Made by a program: the position numbers and the translations under genes. The notes below the pieces were generated by a model. The model saw only the letters and a list, made by a program, of their open reading frames with translations, was not told where the DNA came from and ran no database searches. From contig CAWKHF010000005.1 of assembly GCA_963849325.1 (NCBI GenBank), positions 800,001 to 864,000 of the forward strand: 64,000 nt of DNA, given 5' to 3'. This document shows, piece after piece, positions 31,266 through 42,525 of this stretch (the first letter of the stretch is position 1; each line of letters opens with the position of its first letter). The DNA is from an uncultured Planctomycetota bacterium. GTDB lineage: Bacteria; Planctomycetota; Planctomycetia; Gemmatales; Gemmataceae.

Positions 31266-32670
31266 TCACTTGGCAAGGTCGAAAATCGCCATCTGCGTCG
31301 GCGGTCCCAGCTTCTCGTCTTCCGGCCCCACCGCTACGAACCGCACCGTATAGGCGAACCGCCCCGCGATTCCCTTCGCCCAGTCCTGAAACTCCTGCCG
31401 CGTCCACTCAAAGCGGTGGTCGGGATGTCGAAAGCACCCGGCCCCCAGCGTCTCCCATTTGACGTTGTACTCCCGATTCGGCGTCGTCAGCACGACCGTT
31501 CGCGGCTTGGCGAACTCGAACAACACCCGCTCGAATGCCGACAACCGTGGCGGATCAAGGTGCTCGACAACCTCGACGACACAGGCGGCGTCGAATCCCT
31601 CCAGCCGCTTATCCCGGTACATTAGGGAGCCGTGGATCAACTTCACACGCTCGGCCTGCTTGGTCGGCAACCGCTCCAGCTTCAGCCTCCGCTGGGCCAC
31701 TTCCAGCGAACGGATCGACACATCCAGTCCCACAATTTCCTCGAACTGCTTCTCTTTCAGAAGCTCGCGGATCAGCTTTCCTTCGCCGCAGCCAAGATCG
31801 AGAACGCGCTTGTCCGCCGCTGATCCGCAAAGCCGCCGTGACGGAACCGAGGCGTTGATCGTTCAAACTCAGCGGCTTTTCCAGCGTGTCTTCGGTCTTG
31901 TCGACTGGCCGCTCGTCCTCATCTGCCTCATGCGGCTCCTCCTCTTGCACGAGACGGGCGATGGCTTCACGGAAGAGACTTGGTTGGAACTTCAGGTAGC
32001 GGCGCGTGATTTCCTCCTTCTCCGGGTGTCCTGCCAGCCAGCCCTCGCCTTTGGCGAGCAGCTTCTCCATCTCATCCTTGCCGATCCAGTAGTGCTTGTT
32101 GTTGTCAAACACCGGGATCAGGACATATAGGTGCGTGAGCAAGTCAGCCAGCGTCGTCGTTTTCTGAACCGTGACCGCAAAGAAGGGACTCTCGCCCCAT
32201 TCGGGGAACCGTTCATCGAGCGGACACCGAATCGCCTCGACTGCGTATCCCAACGGCTCGAAGACATTCCGCAAGAACCGCTCACCGCCGCGCACTGGCA
32301 ACACGTCGAGCCGAGCCAACAGCGGGATCGGCGTTGTCACCAGTTTGGGCCGGTCATTGCAGCGTCCTTGAAGCGCCGAACCGAAGACCTGTGCAATCGC
32401 CACGGACATGAACGATGAAGCGGTGTACGGACGGTCGTTCACGTACTGGGCCAGCAGAAAGCTGGCGTTCGCGTTCTTGCCACGGACTATGCCTATCGGG
32501 TCCACATCGAGCAGCAGGCAGACCGTACACCGCTCGGCGCTGACTTCCGGGTAGAAGACATGGACTTTCCCGAAGCTCAGATCGAATGACTGGAACCTCT
32601 CAGGGTGCTTGTGCAGCAGATAGCCGAGGTCCGAGGCGGGCTGGTGCGTGGTGGTGATCGTCAAGAGCAT
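31266..32670 (-). CDS. hen1: 3'-terminal RNA ribose 2'-O-methyltransferase Hen1 (indel near 31820)
   Basis: MLLTITTT..DLGYLLHKHP and YVNDRPY N-terminal domain; LDLGCGEG SAM motif; EVVEHLD; RHPDHRFEW. Confidence 0.93.
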
Positions 32671-32851
32671 TCAGGTATCCTTCACCTTCGGCACGAACCT
32701 GCGTCGGCTTTTTGGTGTCAATCGGTGGATCGCCCGTTTCACTGGCCGTTTTCGGAGGCACAACCCATGAGTCCCATTCATCTTATTCCTCACACGACAC
32801 GCTGCCGTACCCGGTGGTTCACTCTGACAATCCGTTCACGACGCGAGCTAT

Positions 32852-34342
32852 ATGGACCGAGACAACCGCAAACCGAAGAAGGATCTCACCGAAGAGCTTA
32901 ACCCGGACCTCCTCACCCACATCAGGTCGCTTGGCCTCACCGGCGTCGAGGACTACATCGCGTGGTGCGCCGAGCACGGTTTCAGCCGCCGCACGGACAA
33001 GCACTGGCGACTCCGCTTGAAGGAGCGGACCTACGCCACCCGCGCCATCGCCGATGCCCGCCTTGCCCAAAAGAAACAAGAACTCAGAAAGCCCGAAAAG
33101 ATTATCCAGAGGATCTTCAACGGCGAGCTTCACGAGGATGATGTCACCCAGCCTCACTTGAAGGCGGTCTGCCGGGCGTGCAAATCTGCACAAGAATCGC
33201 GTCGAACTCGGCTCGCCTTTCACGACCTCCTGCAACACGTCGGCATGTGCTCCGACCTCGTAAATTGCCAGCCCGTGATCTCGCAGTATGGTTGGCAAGC
33301 CGGGAATACCTTCGTGGATGGCCTGCTGGCGTTGGCCCGGCACTCACGAAACTGGACTCGCCCGGTCGCCGATTGGAAGCCCCAGACGCACAACACGCGC
33401 CGCCAGTTTTCCTCACTGGCGCGGCACTTGTTCGCCGAGTGGCCGGTTCCCCCTTTCATGGATTCCGTCTGGTTCTTGGGGAACAGCAGAGCAGCCGTCC
33501 AGCAGCAAGGCTGGTTTCTGCACATCGGCAGAGGGCAGAACATTCGCACGGCGGATCTCCCGCTTCCCTACACGAAGCGCATGGCTCACCACTTTATGCA
33601 AGCTCCTTCTGACCTCACGGTCGAGGCGGCGCTGCGCTGGGGCCAGATCCACGGACTCGGCGGCTCGGAGCGTCTGGTGCGAGCCATCATGGGAACGCGC
33701 CTCGGCACGGACTTCGAGCACGATGATTTCTGGATCACCGTGTTCCAGTTCTTTATCGCCAATCCGATGCTTGATCTGGCTCAGGTCGGCCCGCTCATCG
33801 ACTACATCCACCAGCAGCGGTTTGTTTCGCAAGACGGGTTCATTGCTCCCGGTGTCGTCGAACGCCGAGGACCGGCGCAGCCGAACTTCACGATGAAAGG
33901 ACGCACGCCCGCGTCCTTGCTGCGGCAGGTGGACTCATGGCATAAGTCGCTGGCGAAGGTGCAGCAGCCGAAAGCCGAGTGGCCTCCCTCGGGGACTCCA
34001 ACATTCGAGTTCATCGAAGGGGGAGAGAAAAGTGGCAATTTGAAGGTCTGGACAATCACCGAACTGCTCAGCACCAAGGCGCTCGTCGCCGAGGGCCGAA
34101 AGATGAAGCATTGCGTGGCAACTTACGCCCATTCGTGCGCCAGCGGAGATTGCTCCATCTGGACGTTAGAGGTCGAGACGTTCGAGGGACGCTCCAAGAT
34201 ACTGACCATCGAGGTACAGACCGCAACGAAGTTGATTTGTCAGGCACGAGGGAAGTGCAACATGCTCCCCGGCGACAAGCACCGTGGCATCCTGCGCCGC
34301 TGGGCTGAGCAGGCGCGACTCCAGTTGGCGAAGCATGTGTAG
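32852..34342 (+). CDS. PcfJ-like domain protein
   Basis: ELLSTKALVAEGRKMKHCVATY..CSIWTL..LTIEV..QARGKCN C-terminal PcfJ signature; NFTMKGRT. Confidence 0.85.
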   Translation: MDRDNRKPKKDLTEELNPDLLTHIRSLGLTGVEDYIAWCAEHGFSRRTDKHWRLRLKERTYATRAIADARLAQKKQELRKPEKIIQRIFNGELHEDDVTQPHLKAVCRACKSAQESRRTRLAFHDLLQHVGMCSDLVNCQPVISQYGWQAGNTFVDGLLALARHSRNWTRPVADWKPQTHNTRRQFSSLARHLFAEWPVPPFMDSVWFLGNSRAAVQQQGWFLHIGRGQNIRTADLPLPYTKRMAHHFMQAPSDLTVEAALRWGQIHGLGGSERLVRAIMGTRLGTDFEHDDFWITVFQFFIANPMLDLAQVGPLIDYIHQQRFVSQDGFIAPGVVERRGPAQPNFTMKGRTPASLLRQVDSWHKSLAKVQQPKAEWPPSGTPTFEFIEGGEKSGNLKVWTITELLSTKALVAEGRKMKHCVATYAHSCASGDCSIWTLEVETFEGRSKILTIEVQTATKLICQARGKCNMLPGDKHRGILRRWAEQARLQLAKHV

Positions 34343-34548
34343 GAGGCCGTCAATCCTCGTTCGCTTATGCCGCCAGCATCCGAAGGTGGTATTGGCTTCC
34401 TCCTCAAACCGCCACACTACTTTCCCTGAACAGGTCCACTGCCGCAGTCTTCGTCTGCTCGTGGATCGAGCGGGCTGCGGTGTTGCCTTTTTAGTACACG
34501 CTCGGTACAACGCGAATAGGTACTCGCTCCATTGCAAGGGTGAATGCC

Positions 34549-34875
34549 ATGCGTTTCGGCGAAAAGGTCCGTTCCCTGCGAACGGCGAAGAGCCTTAGCC
34601 TGCGTGCGCTGGGCCAGCGGCTCGGCGTCTCCTACGCCTACATCAGCAAGGTCGAGAACGGCAAACTCGCCTTCGGCGACTACCCCAGCGAAGACCTGAT
34701 CCGCAGGCTCGCCGCCGCGCTCGACGCCGACGAGGAGGAACTTCTCCTGCTCGCGGAGAAAATCCCCGAGCCGATCCGACGCCGGTGTTTCGAGCGCCCC
34801 GACGCCTTCCGGCTGATCGCCCGGCTGGATGACAAACGGCTCGACCGGGTGCTCGCCTTCATCAAGGATGGCTGA
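34549..34875 (+). CDS. XRE-family HTH regulator
   Basis: FGEKVRSLR..LSLRALGQRLGVSYAYISKVENG. Confidence 0.9.
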   Translation: MRFGEKVRSLRTAKSLSLRALGQRLGVSYAYISKVENGKLAFGDYPSEDLIRRLAAALDADEEELLLLAEKIPEPIRRRCFERPDAFRLIARLDDKRLDRVLAFIKDG

Positions 34876-35005
34876 GGAGCATGGCGGTGGACCGGCACTC
34901 CCTTGAGAAGATGCTGGCCGGGTTGCAGGGGTGAACGGCGTGATGTCGGTGGCGTCATACTGAGGCCCGTGGCCTCTGGCGACTGGCCCGTTGGAGGGAC
35001 GAACG

Positions 35006-35650
35006 ATGAGCCAAAACCCGGAAGTCCGGCTGGCGGGAACGGCACTCGGTCGTTCCCGGCACGTCTGCGCCTTCTTCCACACGAAGGATGAGGAGTACAA
35101 GGTACTCCTGCCCTTCATCAAGGAGGGCTTCGAGCAAGGTGACAAGGCGTTCCACATCGTCAAGGAGGACCACCGGCCCGAGCATCGACGGCGGCTGCAA
35201 CGGGCGGGTATCGCCGTGGACGAGGCCGAGCGAAAGGGACAACTGGAGGTCCGCCGCTGGGAGGATGCCTACCTGCGGGAAGGCCACTTTGACCAGAACC
35301 GGATGCTCGCCTTGATCGAGGAAGTCCTCCAAGGCGGCAAGGTGCAGGGCTACCGGATTACCCGGCTGGTCGCCAACATGGAGTGGGCGTTGGAGGACCG
35401 CCCCGGCGTGGACGACATCGTGGAGTACGAAACGCGCCTGAACTACGTCCTGCCGAAGTACGACGACGCCGTGTGCTGAACGTATGACTTGCACCAGTTC
35501 GGTGCAGAGGTCGTCATGGACATCATGCGGACGCACCCGATGGTCATCATCGGCGGCATCCTGCAAGATAACCCGTTCTTCGTGCCGCCCGATGAGATGT
35601 TGCGGGAACTGCGGGAACGTCGAGGCCGAAACCGCGTGACGGATCAGTAA
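35006..35650 (+). CDS. MEDS-domain sensor protein, 214 aa if the in-frame TGA (codon 158) is read as selenocysteine
   Basis: RHVCAFF, YLREGHFD, RLVANMEWAL, EYETRLN MEDS motifs; AVC-TGA-TYD continues in frame as RTHPMVIIGG..NPFFVPP to TAA 35648-35650, which overlaps the next ATG. Confidence 0.8.
35484..35514 (+). promoter_or_regulatory. Putative bacterial SECIS element
   Basis: Upper stem TGCACC/GGTGCA with loop AGTTC beginning 16 nt after the TGA; lower stem ATGAC/GTCGT. Confidence 0.65.
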
Positions 35651-38600
35651 TGCACACGCCAGAGAACACCTTGGAAGAGAACCGCCACCTGCGGCGGACG
35701 ATGCGGGACTTGGTTGCCCTCTCGACCCTGCCTGCCGTCTGGACCGGCCTGAGTCCAGACGGCATCGTCCGCAGCTTGGCTGACGTGCTGCTGAACACCC
35801 TGTCGCTCGAACTGATTTACGTCGCGGCTGGAGGGTCTGGGCGGGAACGGCGTGGTCGAAGTCGTCCGCAACAAGCGTGGCCTCGACGCAGAACACGTCC
35901 AAGCGGTGAAGGCATCGCTCGCCCCAGTGCTGGGGGCCAACCGTTCCGACTCGCCTCTCACGATCCCCGATCCGTTCGGCGCTGGGACGTTGCACATTGC
36001 CATTACCCGGTTCGGCATTGCTGACGACCACGGGGTTCTGATCGCAGGTTCCCGGCGTGCCGATTTCCCATCCGAGCGGGACCGGCTGCTGCTCAGCGTC
36101 GGGGCTAACCAGACAGCCATCGTCATCCAGAGAAGGCGGGCCGAAGAGGAGGTTAGAGAGCAGCAAGAGCGGCTGCGAACGACGCTCGCCTGCATCGGGG
36201 ATGCCGTCATCGCCACCGACAGGATGGGGCGCATCACCACAATGAACGCCGTGGCCGAGTCGCTGACCGGCTGGGCAAAAGAGGAGGCGACCGGCCAGCC
36301 GCTTGACGCAGTATTCCGCATCGTGAACGAGGAGACACGCCAGACGGTCCCCAACCCCACGACGAGGGCGATACGGGAGAGCATCGTCGTCGGGCTGGCG
36401 AACCATACTGTCCTCATCGCCAAAGACGGTACGGAGCGGTTCATCGACGACAGTGCCGCCCCGATCCGGTGCAAGGAGGGCCAGATCATCGGCTGCGTGC
36501 TGGTCTTCCGCGACGTGTCCGAGCGGCGACGGTTAGAGCAGCAGAAGGCCGAGCAGGGTAGAGCCGCACGCAGGTTAGCGGCCATTGTGGACTCCTCGGA
36601 GGACGCCATCATCAGCAAAACGCTGGACGGGATCATCCAGAGTTGGAACGCCGCCGCCGAGAGGGTCTTCGGCTATACCGCCGAGGAAGCCGTGGGGCGT
36701 CCCATTACCATGCTCTTCCCCACTGACCGCCTCGATGAAGAAGACAGGATCATTACCCGCATCCGGGCAGGGCAGCGGGTGGAACACTTCGACACGGTGC
36801 GGCGGCGAAAGGACGGGACGACCATCCCGGTTTCCCTGACGATCTCACCCATCAAGGATGAAGAGGGGCGGATCATCGGGGCGTCGAAGATCGCAAGGGA
36901 CATCACCGAGCGGAAGCGGGCCGAGGAAGCCAACGCCAAACTCGCCGCGCTGGTGGAGTCCTCCGACGATGCCATCGTGAGCAAAAACCTCAACGCCATC
37001 ATTACCAGTTGGAATCGGGGCGCGGAGCGTATGTTTGGCTACACGGCACAAGAAGCGATTGGGCAGCCTGTTACCATGCTCATGCCCCCGGAGCGCGTCG
37101 ATGAAGAGCCGAACATTCTGCGCGCATCCGTCGCGGCGAGAAGATCGACCATTACGAAACGATCCGTCGCCGCAAGGACGGCACGCCGCTGACCATCTCC
37201 TTGACCGTTTCGCCGATCTTCGACGGCCACGGCAACATCATCGGTGCGTCGAAGATCGCGCGCGACATCACTCGCCGTAAGCAGGCCGAGGAGCGGCTGC
37301 GGCTGCTCTCGGAGGCGGCGGCGATCATCCTCTACGCCCCCGATCCGACTGCCCTGATGCGGACGCTGTTCGCCAAGATCGGCCCGACCATCGGGGCCGA
37401 CGTTTGCCTCAACTATCTGGTGAACGATGCTGGCGACGGCCTGCGGCTGGCGTCGTGCGTCGGCGTCTCCGAAGAGGCGTTGCCGCCCCGGCTGGTGTTC
37501 GGGGAAACCCTGTGCGGCACGGCGGCTCTACACCGCCAGCCCGTCGTCGTGGCCTACGTTCAGCAGTCCGACGAATCGAAGGCACGAGCGTACAAGTTGC
37601 TCGGCGTGCGGGCCTACGCCGGGTTCCCGATGCTGTCCGGCAACCTACTGCTCGGCACTTTGTCCTTCGCCACCCGGTCGAAGGACGAGTTTGCCCCTGA
37701 CGAACTAGAGTTTCTGGAAGCGATCTGCCGCTACGTCGCCGTGGCCTACGAGCGGCTGCGGCTGGTGGAGAAACTGCGGCAGGCCGACCACAAGAAGGAC
37801 GAGTTCTTGGCGACACTGGCCCACGAACTCCGCAACCCGCTCGCCCCGATCCGCAACGGCCTGCAACTGATGCAGATGGCGGGCGGGAAGGTCGAGACGG
37901 TCGATCAGGCCCGCACCATGATGGAGCGGCAGGTCGTGCAGATGGTGCGGCTGGTGGATGACCTGATGGACCTGACTCGCATCAGTCGGGGCAAGATCGA
38001 ACTCAAGAAGCAGCCGGTCGAACTGGTGGCAGTGGTGAACAGTGCGGTTGAGATAGCCCGCCCGCTCATCGAGGAGATGGGCCATGAACTGACCGTCCTG
38101 CTGCCTGAGCAGCCGATCATCTTGGAAGCCGACTCGACCCGGCTGACACAGGTGTTCTCGAACCTGCTCACCAACGCCGCCAAGTACACCGACCGAGGCG
38201 GTCGCATCTTGCTGACCGCCGAGCGGCAGGGGAGCGACGTGGTTGTGGCGGTGAAGGACACGGGCATCGGCATCCCCGCCGACAGGTTGCGGAGCATCTT
38301 CGAGATGTTCTCGCAGGTGGAGGCGGCGCTGTCCCGGTCGCAGGGCGGGTTGGGCATTGGCTTGTGTCTGGTGAACCGATTGGTGCAGATGCACGGCGGC
38401 TCCATCGAAGCCGAGAGCGAGGGTCCGGGGCGGGGGAGCCGGTTCGTCGTCCGCTTGCCGCTCGCCGTTGAACAGTGTGAAGCCAGCGTAACCGGCGACA
38501 ACGCCGAAGCGGCGAAGGCGACCTCCAAACTTCGCATCTTGGTGGTGGACGACAACCGGGACGCCGCCGAAAGTTTGGCGATGCTGCTCAAGATCATGGG

Positions 38601-38898
38601 CAACAACGTCCGCACGGCCAGCGACGGCGAGAAGGGGGTGCAAGCGGCGGCTGAGTTCCGGCCCCATGTCATGCTGATGGACATCGGCCTGCCGAAGTTG
38701 AACGGCTACGGGGCGTGCCGCCTCATTCGTCAGCAGGCGTGGAGCAAGAATATGGTAATCATCGCTGTGACCGGCTGGGGTGCGGATGAGGACAGGCGTA
38801 AGTCTCAGGAGGCAGGCTTCGACTATCACATGGTCAAGCCAGTGGACCCGACCTCGTTGATGAGGCTGCTGGCCGACCTGAGCGTTGTGAAGGCATGA
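35650..38898 (+). CDS. Hybrid sensor histidine kinase (3 PAS, GAF, HisKA, HATPase, REC; indels near 35826 and 37125)
   Basis: PAS repeats (DAIIS..WNAAAERVFGY), LAHELRNPL, NLLTNAAKY, DTGIGI, GLGIGL, ILVVDD..MDIGLP..KP. Confidence 0.9.
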
Positions 38899-38980
38899 CG
38901 GGGCGAGGAAATCTGACCAGCGCTGGCAGGTTTGTCGTCCGGCCTCTTGATCGACGCCGAACGACTCGTTTCTGTCGCTC

Positions 38981-39229
38981 CTATCCCTGCCTCCTCCTGC
39001 ACCATTGCTCGGCAAGGATCTTGACCTGTTCCCATGCCTCTCTCACTTCTCGTGCGGGTTCCGTCTCCGGCAAGTTGCGGAGAGTCTCCAGTAGTCTCCG
39101 CACGGCATTCACCAGAGACACGCGCTCCCGCTCATCCCCGCCGCTCTTTCGCTCCATTTCCTCAAGTGTGGCGATTGCATCTGCGTCTGGTCGATCCAAC
39201 CACATGATGTTTCCCTCTTTGGACGGCAT
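38981..39229 (-). CDS. Small hypothetical protein
   Basis: Helical charged ORF; start uncertain. Confidence 0.4.
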   Translation of the reverse strand: MPSKEGNIMWLDRPDADAIATLEEMERKSGGDERERVSLVNAVRRLLETLRNLPETEPAREVREAWEQVKILAEQWCRRRQG

Positions 39230-39396
39230 CGCCGTATCCCCAGCAGTCGAGCGATCCTGCCCCCAGTCGCCTACAATGGACGTGTTCCTCCTCGGAGAGT
39301 CGGTTTCAAAGAGGCGACCGAGGAGGGTAGGCGGCGGCAACGAGGGGCAACGACTGGCCGCGCCGCTTCCAAGCCAAGCAACGGAGGAGGTCTGTA

Positions 39397-40080
39397 ATGA
39401 AGATCCTCATCGTCCTTACCTCTCATGATCGACTCGGCGACACCGGCAAAAAGACCGGCTTCTGGCTGGAAGAGTTCGCTGCGCCATATTACACCCTGAA
39501 GGATGCCGGGGCGGAAGTCACGCTGGCCTCGCCGAAGGGCGGTCAGCCGCCGCTTGATCCGAAAAGCGACCTCCCCGAGAACCAGACCGCAGCGACGAAG
39601 CGCTTCCGCGCCGACGCCGACGCACAAGCACAACTGGCTAACACGAAGAAGCTCGCCGATGTATCGGCAGGCGATTTCGACGCCGTGTTCTACCCCGGAG
39701 GACACGGCCCAATGTGGGACATGCCCGACAACGCGACCTCCATCGCGCTGATCGAAGCCTTCGTGAAAGCCGACAAGCCGGTGGGTGCGGTCTGTCACGC
39801 CCCAGCCGCTCTCATAAACGTGCGCGGAAAGAACCGCGAGTATCTGATCAAGGGTAAGCGCGTAACGGGATTCTCGAACGCGGAAGAAGAAGCGGTGGGC
39901 CTGACCGCTGTTGTGCCCTTCCTGCTGGAAGACCGTCTCAAGGAGCGGGGCGGTATCTACAGCAGCGCACCGAACTGGACGCCTCATGTCGAAGTGGACG
40001 GCAGGCTCGTGACCGGCCAGAATCCTGCGTCTTCCGAGCCTGCTGCGGCAGCGCTGCTGAAGTTGCTTTGTTCTCTCTGA
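39397..40080 (+). CDS. DJ-1/PfpI family (type 1 glutamine amidotransferase-like, glyoxalase III-like) protein
   Basis: GGAGG RBS; TGFWLEEFAAPY, YPGGHGPMWD, AVCHAP, VTGQNPAS. Confidence 0.92.
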   Translation: MKILIVLTSHDRLGDTGKKTGFWLEEFAAPYYTLKDAGAEVTLASPKGGQPPLDPKSDLPENQTAATKRFRADADAQAQLANTKKLADVSAGDFDAVFYPGGHGPMWDMPDNATSIALIEAFVKADKPVGAVCHAPAALINVRGKNREYLIKGKRVTGFSNAEEEAVGLTAVVPFLLEDRLKERGGIYSSAPNWTPHVEVDGRLVTGQNPASSEPAAAALLKLLCSL

Positions 40081-40187
40081 GCCGAAGCAGAGGAGCACAA
40101 CGACGGGACCATCTCCGGGCTGCTCCGCAGGCTCGTCAGGAACTCAGGCCGAGCAGGCTTTCGCCAAGATCGCCGAAGGAGGGGACC

Positions 40188-40326
40188 ATGTCAGTCATAA
40201 GCAAACGGCAGATCCTCCTCGCCTCACGCCCTCGCGGCGAGCCCACCCTCGACAACTTCAAGCTGGTCGAGACCGAGGCTCCTGAGCCCGGCCCCGGCCA
40301 GATGTTGCTGCGCATCATCTACCTCC
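40188..40326 (+). pseudogene. N-terminal remnant of an NADP-dependent oxidoreductase (CurA-like)
   Basis: Strong RBS; RQILLASRPRGEPTLDNFKL..PGPGQMLLRIIYL, then similarity stops before the expected SLDPYMR. Confidence 0.7.
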
Positions 40327-40384
40327 TATGCGAATCCGGTGGAAGTCGGGGAGGTCATGGAAGGACGCGCCATCTGCGAAGTCA

Positions 40385-42516
40385 TCAAGAGCTATTGCCA
40401 GCGTAGATCGCCTGAATTAAAGCATAAATGACAGATTTCTCTTCGTCTGGGCGACTACGAAACTCTTTTTTTGTGGTCATTCTTATCAGTTTGTTGACAA
40501 GAAAAGGCAGGCTGAAGCGGCCTTTAAGCTGATCGATATTCGCGTCAACCTGACGCTGCTCGTAGTAGTCCATCCCACTAGAAGGTTTTATTCTCACATA
40601 CTCGCACAAATAGTGGATAAGTGCATCATCGTCTTCTACCACTTTCTCCATAAAATCCGCGATTTCCTTATTATCTCTGTCAGCAATTTGTTCCCAGTAA
40701 TTGAGAATCGCGCAAATCCGTGGATGCTTCAGTAGTCGTCCATCAGCCGCCCATGTGGCAATTTTTTCGTTCATGAACCGCCTCGCATCTGCGCTTCCCG
40801 CAAGATACTTTTGACACATCAAGATCGGGATTAAAAGGCTCTTCGAAGAAGTCGCAGCCGCTTCCTCGATTGCATAACTGGGTTTGCTCTCGGGACCGTA
40901 GCGAAAGATCACTTGGTTGATTATGTCCATCACAAGTTGCGTTGTCGGAATGTCAAGGCTTCTCTCCTCTTCGGATGCGGAGCTTTCGTCGAACACATCA
41001 CCTAAATCAGCAAGCGCCATAATGAGGTTTGCGGCAATGTCATCAGAGACAAGTCGTGAATCTACATAACCCCAGAGAGTTTCCAATAACCGCCTAGCAC
41101 GGCCTTCGTTATTCAGGACTAATAGGCCACCAGCTAGCGCCTCGCAAATCAGTTGCATTTGTCAGGAGCCTTTCAATTTCGCTCCTCTCCAAATCTCCCC
41201 TCGGCAGAGAAAGGCTGAAGAACAGATCAAAATTGGTGGGAAAGCAGAATCCTTCCCTCTCTCCTCCACTGAGGCTGTGGCGTGTAATCGAGAACGCCCC
41301 CTTGTTTCTGTTCAGTAACAATTTTGTTAATCTTCGGAAATAGAAGCTGTAATATCGTAAGAGGATGGTTGTCCGATTTGCCCTTCTGCGATTTAACGAT
41401 TTCGTTAAGCGTGGCGACTGCATTTTGCATGATGATGTAATAAGGACTGCTTTCTTCTTTGGATGTCTGCCGAGTGAGAAACGTCTTGTTGGCGGCGAGG
41501 GCCTCGTAGATCGCAGGCTCAAATAGTTGAAGAACGGTGATGCCAATTAAGTCGGTCGGCGACAATCCTCCTCTCGCAGTGTTGAAGTTGAAGGACAAGA
41601 CGTTCAGATACCGCTTTGCTTCCCGAAGATCGGCGATGTAAGGTTTCACACCATACTGGAACACGTTTCGCAAATGATTTTGGTCGTATTCTTCAGTCTT
41701 CACTCTGTCCATCAGTTCCCGAATGGAACGCTGCAAAAACCTATGCACTTCCACGACGGGAATCTCGGGCACTCTGAACGGGACTTGGACGATCTTCTCC
41801 AAGAACGCCTCTCCGCTCTGGATTTGCACCCCCGCCAGTTGCTCTGCCACCATCTTCTCATCGAACGCCAACAGATAAACCGTGTTGGGGAAGTTCGCCA
41901 ACGACTTCACCACTTGGAACAGTTGCCGGGCCTCGGTAGCGCTCAATCGGTCGATCTCGTCAATGATGATGATCAGCTTGTGCGGTTGTTTGGCAAGTGC
42001 CTCGTCGATGTTCCGCTTTTGTTTTTCGATGCTCTCTGCCCCCGTCACAAACCCCGCGAGCCATTTGTTGAACCAATTAGCCAGCTTCAACAATCCGCCG
42101 ATGATCTTCCCCTCCGGGGTGGGGATCAGTCCCATCGGGGTAAGGTAATCCGAGTAAGTCTCCAACAGCCTTGACGTTTTCCTGATCCCTAGTGACGTGT
42201 TCCACTTGCCCAGCACGCCTAACATTTCGTCAAAGAACCTGTATATCAGGACGGTTTCGTCCGTCACCATCCAAGGGTTGAACTCGATGACAATCGGCTG
42301 TTCTTCCTTCCGTATTCCCCTGATCTTCTCCGCGAGACACTCCCTCGCCATTCGGAGTATGGAGGACTTCCCCGAACCCCACGGACCCAACAGCCCGATC
42401 ACCAACGGCGACTTGTCGGGACGGGACACGAGGGCCTGCGCCAGCGAGTCGGCGAACTTTTTTCGACAAAGAATGTCTTCGGCAGAAGAGCGGATCGGTT
42501 CGTCATCCAGAAACAC
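40385..42516 (-). CDS. KAP-family P-loop NTPase (indels near 41160-41240)
   Basis: DEPI..DIL.R..FA..LA, GPWGSGKSS, EFNPW, IIIDEIDRL, FLEKIVQVPF; visibly lower GC. Confidence 0.9.
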
Positions 42517-42525
42517 GTCACCCTC

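Noticed and set aside
35477-35479. Genome-wide TGA reassignment (Trp/Gly) as the cause of the MEDS readthrough
   Set aside because: TGA acts as a normal stop elsewhere, including ATGA-coupled junctions in the same island (29313, 27007).
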